A stretch of 59,114 nucleotides of DNA from Octopus bimaculoides (Eukaryota). How positions within the stretch are numbered: the first letter of the stretch is position 1; each line of letters starts with the position of its first letter. Location of the stretch: contig NC_068985.1 of assembly GCF_001194135.2 (NCBI RefSeq), positions 98,446,550-98,505,663 on the forward strand, given 5' to 3'. Below are positions 48,700 to 59,114 of the stretch, one piece after another. The position numbers and the translations under genes were made by a program. The notes below the pieces were generated by a model. That model searched no databases, was not told the DNA's origin, and saw nothing but the letters and a program-made list of their open reading frames with translations.

Positions 48700-49380
48700 A
48701 TTACCTAACCTGTTTCTCCAATTAGCCCAGCTCTAAACTCTGAGCGTAGTTCTTTCCTAGAATACTTGTGTTTGGAAGCAACGCTGTTCTAAGGGTAGGA
48801 GCAGTATAGCGTGTCATAGTTCATCTTTGAGATAATCTTTAATGATTTGGAGCTGAAGTACTATCTTGCTCTAAAGAGTAAGTCTAGTCATGGCACGTAG
48901 TTTTCGTTTGTAAGAATGGGAGATCAACGATAACTGAAGTCATATTTTTAGAGACTTTGAATATTTCGAAGTTGTCCCTAAGCAGAAAGACACATTCACT
49001 GCCCATACCATAAAAATTATGTTGTACTTTTGTCTTTGTTGTGGAAGGAGACAAAGCTGTCGTGTCTTTCCTGTGTAAACAATTATAGAAGAGTCACGAG
49101 TATACGTTGTCAGAAGTTATAGCTAGCAGGTTGAGAGAAATTGAGTGACATAACCAGGTCTTAGGGGATACAAAAGTTGAAGTGGATTATAACAAGCCCC
49201 GTTTGTGGATTCTGTAATGATGCGATCTGAGAGGAGGCTTCCATTCCAATAGAACCTGTGGAGTACACAGGTGGGCAGTTTGACCAGATTTTCAAGCCAG
49301 GCGCAGTTAAATGCCTTGCTTGATATCAAGTGTAATGACAATATTTTCGATTCGTTTCTTAATGACATGAGACCACTGAG
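48700..49380 (-). mobile_element. Degenerate CR1/L2-like LINE RT C-terminal fragment
   Basis: Minus frames give QWSHVIKKRI.., EWKPPLRSH and LLRDNFEIFKVSKNM, loosely matching W..HI..K, WSP.L..H and RGDLIE.FKI. Many stops. Confidence 0.4.
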
Positions 49381-51065
49381 TTAAACAGGAGAAACGTATT
49401 TCTCATTACCATTCAGGAGGGGGAGAAGATCTCTTGGCCTCTTTACTCGGGTTTCCGTTGCAACAATCACATCCAATTTTCTTGACCTGATATCATTTAG
49501 GAAGCGTCCTTGCTTCCAGCTAGACATCAGGCCACGAACATTTACACAACAAATGTGAATAGACATGACTTAGCTGTTAATCAGGGCTGTCCGCTGGAGA
49601 AGCACCCTCCACCTTTTCTTGATACAGAGTCGGAGGTGGCAGATCTTGAAAATAAATTCGTTAAAACCCATTTTCATTACTGACACAGACTTTCTATGCG
49701 TATTTAATAAAATTTTATGAGTCTTTTTGTCCACTTCATAAAGTTGATAATTTTTGTATTTGTCCGACAGTTCTGCTATCCTGGTGGCTGATTTTTTTGG
49801 TTTTTATTTCTCTCATTAAATCCTTATTTTTAGTATGTAGTGCCACTATTCTTCTGTCCGCTACTTCTTTCCTTGTTTGTGGTTGGACTCCTTTTGCTGT
49901 CTTTTTTGGTCGTGGTTCTATTGATTTTGGTTGGTTCACATTTTCTATTTTTCTTTTGCCAGTAACTTCCTTTTCTATTTCTTTTCCTTTTTCTTCCTCC
50001 TCATCTTCAGATTCTTCTTCGCCTTCCTTATAATATTTTCTATATGGCCTAGCTGGCCACACAGTAAACATCGACAAAAACGTTGAGGAACTCCTCCCCA
50101 ACTTCTATTTTTTCTAAAAGCTGTTCCAATACAGCTTGTTCTGTTTGAATAATCAGGTGGACCGTGTGGCCGGTCCAATTTGCTTTTTCAGAGACTGTAG
50201 CCTGAAGTAGTTTTACCTCATCTACTCTTTCTGACAGGACTGCCGCCATCAACCACATAGAGTCGACTTGAGGTGGGACCTTTGGTATTCGTATTTTGGC
50301 TGTCCTCATATCCATGTATATTGGTATTAAAAGTACGTCTTCTGTTTCCAATGATTTCACCGAGTGCATCTGAGCCGTATCAATATTTTTTAGGTGTACC
50401 TCGATGGTACCGAACTTTTTCCCTCTAGCTAGATTTGTGATATCCTGCAACATGGGCTTTAAACATTTCTCTACCTTTACCTCGCTTATTCGCTCGATTT
50501 TTCTTTCTTTTTGGTAATGTCTTGAATATAATTCTTTTTTTCTTCTCTTCTCTGTCAGTAAAAATTCTTCTGGTGTTTGAACCTTGACAACGCCGTCTCG
50601 AATTGTTATCATGCCCTTGTACATCAACTAATCACTTTTATTCGTCGTCAGTTGGCGAGTTCTATCTCCAGCTGCAGCCGCAAAACTTCTTTTCTGTTTG
50701 CCTTCCTTCGTTTGAAGGCTTTTCACCTCGATGTTCCTCCTTGCAACGGGAGTCCTCGATAATAGAGGGAATTCATTCTCAGACGAATCTGAACCATCAT
50801 TCAATGTTTTCAACTTTATTGGCATCTAAATCTGTCGAATCCTCGTCAGACTAAGACAAACGTTTTAGCATCTTGCCGGCAATCAATGTTTCCCCCTGCA
50901 GGCGAAAACACACAATAGCTTTTGAACAAAGACTATTATACAAATTTAAACAGGTACAGCAAATAAAACAGGCAACAACACAGAAACAGTCAACAGAAAC
51001 TACACTTGCTATATCAACGCATTTCGGTAACTATACCAACACTTCCAACTCACAGAGAAGAGATA
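49381..51065 (-). mobile_element. Tx1/L1-clade LINE 5' half: 5'-UTR, disrupted ORF1 and start of ORF2 endonuclease
   Basis: ORF1 runs from 50825 with an in-frame stop at 50628-50630 and a frameshift near 50070 (zinc-knuckle relic CLLCGQLGH), then an acidic/lysine-rich tail. ORF2 at 49566 begins MSIHICCVNVRGL...KLDVIVATET (APE domain I-II) and breaks off at 49381. Confidence 0.88.
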
Positions 51066-51277
51066 CCAATTTCTTTATTGCCCACGGGGAGCTAAACATA
51101 GAACGGTACAAAACAACTGATTGGGATCAATAATGCGATATGGTTTACGTAAAATATGACTTTGGAAATTATATAAAATAAAAAAAATCGAATGATATTA
51201 ACAGTACATTAGACAACACAAATTAAGCGATGATCAGGCCACGCTCCGACCCCACAAGCCCCGATCTATCGCTGGTA

Positions 51278-51325
<48 letters not shown>

Positions 51326-51722
51326 CGTCTATTCACACGGTTCTTTGCACGCACAACACTCGTGCAACATGCTTCCATCTCTTTTGGAACGTACACTCCG
51401 ACAGACATCTCCTCTCCAGCCACACTTTCCTTTTCAAATGAAAAGTAAAAAATGAACGTAAATTGGAGCCAGAGATAAAGTTGCCTGTCTTTGTTCCTTT
51501 TATCCTAGTCTTCCATACTGCCTCTTTCGCTGTTGCTACAACCGTGAGAAAACAATTCTTACCTTCGTTTGTTAAAACTCCTGGTGTGTCAATTTATACA
51601 ATTGACTCAGTCGACAGCTGTACTCTTCGGGTTGAGAATGTCGGACCACTTCCAAAAGTCCTTAACCTGGCAATGTTACCTGAAATGTGGGCTTATGCTG
51701 AACACCTGTTGTCCGGCGAATG
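51066..51722 (-). mobile_element. Tx1/L1-clade LINE 3' end (ORF2 C-terminus and 3'-UTR), 5'-truncated
   Basis: Minus frame gives FLTVVATAKEAVWKTRIKG...FFTFHLKRKVWLERRCLSECTFQKRWKHVARVLCVQRTV* (stop 51333-51335). It is followed by A44 (51280-51323) and about 210 nt ending gtgggcaataaagaaat. Confidence 0.8.
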
Positions 51723-51729
51723 AGGAGTA

Positions 51730-51960
51730 CGTACGTGTGTGTGTGTCTTTGAGTTTACCCCTTTCACCACCGATTGACAACTGGTGTTGGTTTGTTTACA
51801 TCTCCATAACTTAGTGGTACGGCAAAAAGGCCAATAGGATAAGTACATAAGTATCAGACATACTAAGGTAGTTCCTGGGCCGATCTGTTTGACTAGGCCC
51901 TTCATGGCCTTGCCCCAGCATGACCCAAACCCAGTGACTGAGATGAGCAAAAGATAAAAG
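51730..51960 (+). mobile_element. SINE family B 3' half
   Basis: (gt)n then gacaactggtgttggtttgtttacatctccataacttag..gataagtac. Confidence 0.7.
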
Positions 51961-53116
51961 ATCATTTGTACAAAACTCTGAAGATTAAGGACATTTTTTT
52001 TTATAAACATCCACGTTATGTATGTAGGTATGCATTCTCCATGTGGCATTTTCACTAATTGACCGCATTTTTCAGTCTTTTTCAAAATCCTATCCTTTAG
52101 AGTTGTTTCATTCCATAGCCAAATATGTCGGTTGTTTTGCTAAACGCAGATTTTAGTGGTTGAGCGTCACAACACTTAACACAATGGACAGCAAAACCGC
52201 TAACCTTACTAAGTCAACATAGAGCAGCGGCAGTGGCTGAATATTTCCGGTTTCAGTACATTTTCCTTCACTCCAGGCAAACTTGATGACATTGTTGTTT
52301 TTATTCAGATAATCTTTCGTATTTCGTTTATTTCAAGGAAGCATCACTGTCTTAGATCATAATATCAATGACCTCTTGCCATCTATAAAAGGCTGCTTTC
52401 ATGAAGGTTGCATATGTTTGTTTTACAGTATTTATTTATTTATTCTCATAATGATTGCTTGGGAGGTCGGAAGTATTTATATCCACTTTTTCATGTTCTT
52501 GTAGATAAACGAATATTTTATTTTTCTCTTAATTTACCGCCCTGTCACACAAACTCCATAGTATTGCATTTGTCATCTACAAAAATTATTCGTGTTTCTT
52601 TTCTTTTCTTTTGGCTAAGTGTGTGATAGGATTCAAGAATCCGGTGTCACACGATTGGAAGATTAGTTCTGACGTGTGTGTGTGTATTCCCGGAATATTA
52701 ATATTTCTAATAAGCTGTTCTTGACATGAGTGCTGCAATTGATTCGTTCTTAAGATTTTTAGCCAAAATTAGGAGAATCTCATTGATTACGAATTAAATT
52801 TATCGATTTCGCTACCACCTTTTTGTCTGTCTGTTTATCTATCTATCTATCACACTCACTCACTCACTCTGTTCCCTGAAGCTGTAAAGAGACCATCGGC
52901 TGTTGTTAGATTCATCGTTCCGGATGAGACACATGTCGAAACACCAGTGTTCCAGAATTCAATGCACTAATGAATCTAGTGTGTTATGATCACATATTCG
53001 TCGTAAAGAAGCTGTTCTGTGACGTGCACAACATCGATTAGCATATATATGTTTGAACCTGTTGGTGCGTATTAATAAATATGCAAATCGTCATGTATTT
53101 ACAATATTAATTATGT

Positions 53117-53900
53117 TCGTCAGTCGGAGCGACGTGGAGCATCAAGTCATCCTAGGATTGGGGTTAAGTTTTTGGGTGCGTTGGTGACGGATCAGACCCA
53201 GAAGGTTCTCTGGCTGTGTGGACAAGGAATGGTGGCAGTAGTTTAGGATTTGATAGCGCTCGTTTTCCTGGCCTGCCTTCTTTGCTTGGCTGCAGCAATT
53301 CTGTTAGCGTCACAAACTTGCTTGACCTTGCGGACAACTAATCGTCACATGCCCCTGCTTTGAGCTATCTGCTTCCATGTTATGTAGCTGATGCTGAAAG
53401 CCCTTAGTAAAGGGTTTAATGTGTCTTTGAAGCACTTTTTCTCCCTGAAAGCGTTTGTTTTGTTAGAGCTTCCCTATAATAGTTTCAGTGGGAGCCGGTA
53501 GTCTGGTATGCGTACTATATGGCCTATCCAGCGAAGCTATGACTGCATCAGAATGGTGTAGATGCTGGGTGGACAAGCACGAGTGATTACCTCAGTGTCT
53601 GGGATTTTATCTTGCCACTTTATGCCAAGAAGTCTACTGAGGCAGATGGTGTGAAAGTGTTTCAGTTTCCTTGCCTGACGCTTGTAGACCGTCTATTTTT
53701 CGCAGCCATAAAGTAAAGATGTGAGAACAATGGCTCGATACACCATGGTCTTTGTTTACAACAATCGCTTTAGTGAATCTGGCATTTAGTACATCATCAA
53801 AAACATTTCTGGAGCGTGTGCTTCCAAGGTGTGTAAATTTATTCATTGCATTCTGTTGTTGCCCATTGATGGCAAGTTCAGTATAAGGCATTACAGGAGT
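53117..53900 (-). mobile_element. RTE-clade (BovB-like) LINE 3' fragment
   Basis: Minus translation INGQQQNAMNKFTHLGSTRSRNVFDDVLNARFTKA, then KWQDKIPDTEVITRACLPSIYTILMQSQLRWIGHIVRIPDYRLP. Confidence 0.9.
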
Positions 53901-53915
53901 TGATTGGTGTATTAT

Positions 53916-54119
53916 TTCTATCTTCTTTGCACTGATCGTGAGACCGATCTTCTATCTTCTTTGCACTGATCGTGAGACCGATCTTCTATCTTCTTTGCAC
54001 TGATCGTGAGANNNNNNNNNNTCGTGAGACCGATCTTCTATCTTCTTTGCACTGATCGTGAGACCGATCTTCTTTGCACTGATCGTGAGACCGATCTTCT
54101 ATCTTCTTTGCACTGATTG
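53916..54119. repeat. 34-bp minisatellite (ttctatcttctttgcactgatcgtgagaccgatc), interrupted by an N-gap
   Basis: Near-perfect units start at 53916, 53950 and 53984 and continue after the gap; one unit lacks 6 nt. Confidence 0.95.
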
Positions 54120-55169
54120 TCTGAGGCCTGCAATATCAATATTCATAATAACGAAATAAAATTGCATTAATATAGACCAGTCGCGCCTCTCAAGAGCTAC
54201 TAATTCGATATCAGTTGCATTTTCAGTGACTGGCTTATTTTCACTGTCATTAATAACCTAATTAATTTTCATCTTAACAAATAGACAGAGACGACAACAG
54301 GATTTTGAGTTATAATAACGGGTAAAGTTAAAATCAAGGAAAGAATGTTCGGGATATGTTGTTGGTGTTGTCGTTTACCGTCTTTTCTCAGTCGTCTCTG
54401 GTTGAGCAGACACACGACAAAAGACACTTTAGACATGACCAACCCTTCTTCTTAAGATAGTGTGATCAGAGTGCATTCGGTAACAGTATCACCTGTGCTG
54501 GGGATTCTATGAAATTTAAGGGCACAAACCTTCTAATTGTGACACGCTTGTTCCTTTCTCTCTCCACTGTCTTCTCTCCCATTTTTTTCTAAGCCTAAAC
54601 CTAATACATTGTTTATTTTTTTAAAAATTCATCTTCATGTTAGTTAACAGCAAATTAATCATCCCAAGGGATGATGATTAATTTGCTCTTAATAATAAAC
54701 AATTATTCACTTCACAATCTCCCGTTCATTCTTCTTTTATATGAATATAAACTATTTGTTTTTTTTCTTTATATATATATATATACCTATTATTTTAAGG
54801 AAATTAATTTCGCCAAAATACTATGTATTGAACCAGTATTTCGTTGAATGAAACTATCCCATCCCTTCATGAGGTTAACACAACCTCTAATCGTGTATGT
54901 ATGTATGTATGTATGTATGTATATATATATATATATAAACTGATTCTCCTGTATTTTTTTACCCCGATGCCAGGAACTTTTCAGCACCCCCAGGTATAAA
55001 CACACACACACACACACACACACACTCTAATTTTGAAAGGCAACAAAGATTTGGGTGCTGGTTCCAGCAGGTTAAAAAAGAAAAAAAACAGTAAGACTTC
55101 CTTCAGCGTCTTGTTGCTGAATAGCCATAACAAAATATCTAGATGATTCCACATTTTAAAATCAAGTTG

Positions 55170-55378
55170 TGGCAATGAGTGTTTGAATATATATATATAC
55201 ATACATACAATATATATATATATATATATTGTATGTATGTATGCCTATATATATACATATACATATATATATATGCATGCATATATATATATATGCACAT
55301 ATATATATACATATATACAGTTGCACATGCACATATATATTACATATATATGTGTGTATATATATGTATGTATAAATA
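55170..55378. repeat. (TA)/(TACA)-rich compound microsatellite
   Basis: Read directly; it explains the I/Y/C/M-rich spurious ORFs here. Confidence 0.95.
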
Positions 55379-56129
55379 AAACCAGTCACCATGAGGTTGG
55401 AATTAGTTTTTCCTCGAATTCAAACTATGCTTAACCCTATCTTACAACATACTGCAAAGCTGCTCAGCTGAGTACAGTATAGTAAAATAGTTCCATTTAA
55501 GTCGGTTATAGATCATCAGATCAGTGATCAAGTGTCGGGTTGGATGCTTTACAGTATAGCAGGTTCTGTTCTGAAACATTTTGAGCTGAAATTAATAATG
55601 AGGGGGTTGAGATAGGGTGAAAGATGAGACTGTCACGTTTCTGCTGCCTCACCCCCGGGGTATTATCGAAGTAACTAGAGTGAAATAGCTATATATTTAA
55701 CGACCGGATTGTTTCTCGTTTCTCGTCTAGTGTTTCTTCATAAATATTGTTTCTTGTACATTAGACTTTTCACTCAAAATTAATATTTCCTTTTTTTTTT
55801 TTTAGAAAAAAATCACCACTTTCATTCCCGCTGTTAATTTTAAAGTAAATAAATATTGAATTTAATGTTAAAACATTTTCATCATTCGCTTAACCCTCTT
55901 CCTACGGAAATCAGATATATCCACTCAAAATTTCATTACTCTTAACTGCAGAAGCAGTTACCCTTAACTGCAGATATCAGTCTATCTTTTGTTGAGGAAT
56001 GTCATGCTTGAAACTAGTCTTTGTTGAAATATGTCAAGGTTACTGAGGTAAAGTGACTTTCAGAAAATACAAATTTTTGTTTTGGTAGATATTTAACATA
56101 ATTACTGAAAAAAGAATGAAATTTAATTT

Positions 56130-56300
56130 AGACGAGCAAATGGACCCCAGGACTTATTCTTTGTAAGCCTAGTACTTATTCTATCGGTGTCATTTGCCGA
56201 ACCGCTAAGTTACGGGACGTAAACACACCAGCATTGGTTGTCAAGCGATGTTGGCGGCGACAAGCACAGGCACATAAACATATACACACACATACATACA
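56130..56300 (-). mobile_element. SINE family B 3' half
   Basis: ccccaggacttattctttgtaagcctagtacttattctatcgg..ccgctaagttacgggacgtaaacacacc. Confidence 0.85.
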
Positions 56301-57401
56301 TATTATATATATATATATATAAAATAGGGGATAAATTCCAAAACCTACAGAGAAAAATTCAATTTAGCAAAACTAAATCAAATTTCCCAATATAAAATAT
56401 ATGTATATAATTTAAAGAAAAACCACTATTAAATAATTCAATAAAGAAGAATTTAATTCATACCCCACAGAAAATAAATATATCATAAAAACCTTATTAA
56501 AAAAAAATCAATAAAATANNNNNNNNNNNNNNNNNNNNNNNNNNNNNNNNNNNNNNNNNNNNNNNNNNNNNNNNNNNNNNNNNNNNNNNNNNNNNNNNNN
56601 NNNNNNNNNNNNNNNNNNNNNNNNNNNNNNNNNNNNNNNNNNNNNNNNNNNNNNNNNNNNNNNNNNNNNNNNNNNNNNNNNNNNNNNNNNNNNNNNNNNN
56701 NNNNNNNNNNNNNNNNNNNNNNNNNNNNNNNNNNNNNNNNNNNNNNNNNNNNNNNNNNNNNNNNNNNNNNNNNNNNNNNNNNNNNNNNNNNNNNNNNNNN
56801 NNNNNNNNNNNNNNNNNNNNNNNNNNNNNNNNNNNNNNNNNNNNNNNNNNNNNNNNNNNNNNNNNNNNNNNNNNNNNNNNNNNNNNNNNNNNNNNNNNNN
56901 NNNNNNNNNNNNNNNNNNNNNNNNNNNNNNNNNNNNNNNNNNNNNNNNNNNNNNNNNNNNNNNNNNNNNNNNNNNNNNNNNNNNNNNNNNNNNNNNNNNN
57001 NNNNNNNNNNTATATATACGGGTCACAAGTAGTCTAGCTGCTCATAAATTTTAACAGCAAAATTTTATATGGACCCTGAAGGGCCACGTGCACTTTGGAT
57101 GAGAACCACTGGTCTAAATAGCGCTCTCTTTGAAAGTGAGGTTAATTTTATCTTCTGGAAGCTATCTTTGTTGCATCGTTGGGAGAGAGTTTGACTCTAC
57201 AATCTCCCCTTTCGTCAGTCTCACGATCCAGTTATTACCTTGTTTTCCACGTTCAGCGTTATTTCATCAATGGCTGGTCAACTCGATTGGTTAGTAGTTG
57301 AAACCAACAGGATCTCTTTCTCTACCTATTATATACCGTTTGAGAAGTTGAACTCAGTAATGCAAGCTAATAAAACATTTGTCAATTATGCAGTGCAGCA
57401 A

Positions 57402-57613
57402 GGCGGCGAGCTGGCAGAATCGTTAGCACGTCGGGCAAAATGATTGGCGGCTTTTCGTCCTTTTTCATGTACGAGTTCAAATTCCGCCGAGGTTGACTTT
57501 GCCTTTTATACTTTCGGAGTCGATAAAATATGTTCTAGTTGAACACTGGGGTCGATGTAAACGACTTATCTTCTCCCCCGAAATTTCTGGCCTTATTCCA
57601 AAATTTAAAATCT
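57402..57613 (+). mobile_element. SINE family A, tail type ii, followed by an older head at about 57631-57750
   Basis: TSD atta(tg/ca)cagtgcag(c/t)aa at 57385-57401 and 57614-57630. Confidence 0.88.
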
Positions 57614-57899
57614 ATTACACAGTGCAGTAAAAGCGGCGGACAAAACATTGAGAGACATTTCTTTTGGTTTTACGTTCTGAGTGCAAATCACGCCGAAGTC
57701 AACTTTGCTGTTCGTCCATTCGAGCTCGATAAAATAAGTACTTATCTCTTCCCCTAAACTAACTGGACATGTGAAAACTTTCTAAGAATTACACAGTGCT
57801 GTTCTGCGTGATTTCTCAAATTACTGAACATAACAACCAAATTCCCTCAAATTACATACAGCCATTTAAGGAAAAGAAAGAACGTACAGTGCAATATTA

Positions 57900-58105
57900 G
57901 TTTCAAATTTTAGCACAAGGCCAGTAATACCGAGGAAGTAGGTCGATTACATAGACCCCAGTGCTCAACTGGTACTTATTTTATCGACCTCGAAGGGATG
58001 AAAAGTCGACCTCGACGGAATTTGAGCTCAAAACATAAAGACGGACGAAATGACGCTAAGCATTTTGTCTGGCACGCTAACGGTTCTGTCAGCTCGCCGT
58101 CTTAA
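57900..58105 (-). mobile_element. SINE family A copy
   Basis: gcacaaggccag..tcgattacatagacccc..ttttatcgacctcgaaggg..gtcagctcgccgtc. Confidence 0.85.
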
Positions 58106-58315
58106 CGTATTGAATAATATTAGTCGCTGATAAAGGACAATACCGAGTGTAACTTGATTGTCATCAGAGTTTATTGAGAGGATAAGCAATAATGGCGTGT
58201 TGTTGTTTCTACTCAATGGTGCCTATTTCATCTGTGCGAACTGGACTCTTTGAGAACTCGCTGACACAACTTTTCACTGACACAACTGTGACACGATATC
58301 GACTGTTGACATTTA

Positions 58316-58590
58316 GTCTGGTTATCTAATATCCTATCAACTCAGCTCTCTGCACTTGTCTTACCACTGTAGTTTCAGAAATACGCCTATCAGATATCAC
58401 ACTAGCAAAAAAAATATAATAAAAACTAATGGAAAAAAATCAAAGCCACTGTAGACACGACGTCTGATTATGTAATATCCCGTCAACCCAGCCGTCTGCA
58501 CTTGTTTTGTCACTGCAGCTTCAGAAATAGGCCAATGCGATATGTCACATTACGGAAAAAAAATATCTGTGAATGGAAATATCAAATCCA
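58316..58590. repeat. Two-copy diverged tandem duplication, period 146 bp
   Basis: gtctg.ttat.taatatcc..tcaac.cagc..tctgcacttgt..t..cactg.ag.ttcagaaata at 58316 and 58462. Confidence 0.85.
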
Positions 58591-59114
58591 ACAGAGATAG
58601 ATATTTTGCTTAGTGGTTCCATAACTAAATATAGTCGTTAATTCTTAGCTTAGCATTGAAAAACTTAGCTGTAGTGAGGAAGCATGTAAAATCAATGGAG
58701 TTAGCTCTGAAGGTGGAAACTATTTATCAGAAATATATCTTATCTTTTACTTCAGAAGTTTTAAATTCACGGAGATTAGATAGCTGGATAGATAGATAGA
58801 TGGATAGATAGATGGGTAGCAAGATAGACAGAACCTACACGTGGCATGTAATCTGTGGATAGCCTTGTTACCAGTGGTAAGGCTAAGTTTAATCACATAA
58901 GTACTTGGACAATGACTATGCTGAGGTACCGCCCTAAAGGGTTTTAATCGAACAAATTGGCCCAACTACTTATTTTTTTGAAGTCTGGTACCTGTTCTAT
59001 CAGTTCTTCTGCCGAAGCGCTAAGTCCTTGGGAACGTAAACAAATCAACGAGGGTTGTCAAGTGGTGTGGGACAAAAAAAACAAAACACGTTATATATAT
59101 ATATATATATATAT

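Noticed and set aside
53916-54119. CRISPR-like regular 34-bp repeats
   Set aside because: The units are contiguous with no unique spacers, there are no cas genes, and the context is eukaryotic.
55162-55434. Three overlapping I/Y/C-rich ORFs
   Set aside because: Translations of a TA/TACA microsatellite.
56508-57026. 172-aa ORF
   Set aside because: Artefact of the N-gap 56519-57010.

Overview
AT-rich, microsatellite-dense eukaryotic genomic DNA, most likely from a cephalopod (octopus-like), inferred from the tRNA-derived SINE families and a mollusc-type 5S-like sequence. The ORF track misses the main gene because it is split into 19 short coding exons on the + strand (ATG 19351 to TGA 46360; 1863 nt, 620 aa; all exon phases chain correctly). 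The product is a PLP-dependent aminotransferase class V / SufS-like probable cysteine desulfurase. It has the motifs CDFTASG, GNTHT, EHYSN, FSAASNVTG, WDYA, SPHKFVGGPGTPG and RGGCACAGPY, and one GC-AG intron. Candidate non-coding 5' exons and a promoter lie at about 6.1-8.5 kb, and a possible divergent first exon lies at about 1.4-1.5 kb. The rest is transposon-derived: several SINE families, RTE, CR1 and Tx1/L1 LINE fragments, Tc1/mariner fragments, a 5S-derived copy and tandem repeats. The most notable observations are (1) a ~415-bp palindromic element whose two arms each carry a tRNA-like Pol III head and a hammerhead-ribozyme core, and (2) one SINE head carrying two alternative tails with different target-site signatures, one tail matching the 3' end of a Tx1/L1 element in the same window. 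There are five N-gaps (37312-37321, 46795-46804, 47677-48219, 54012-54021, 56519-57010). All family assignments come from manual translation and remembered motifs, not database searches.
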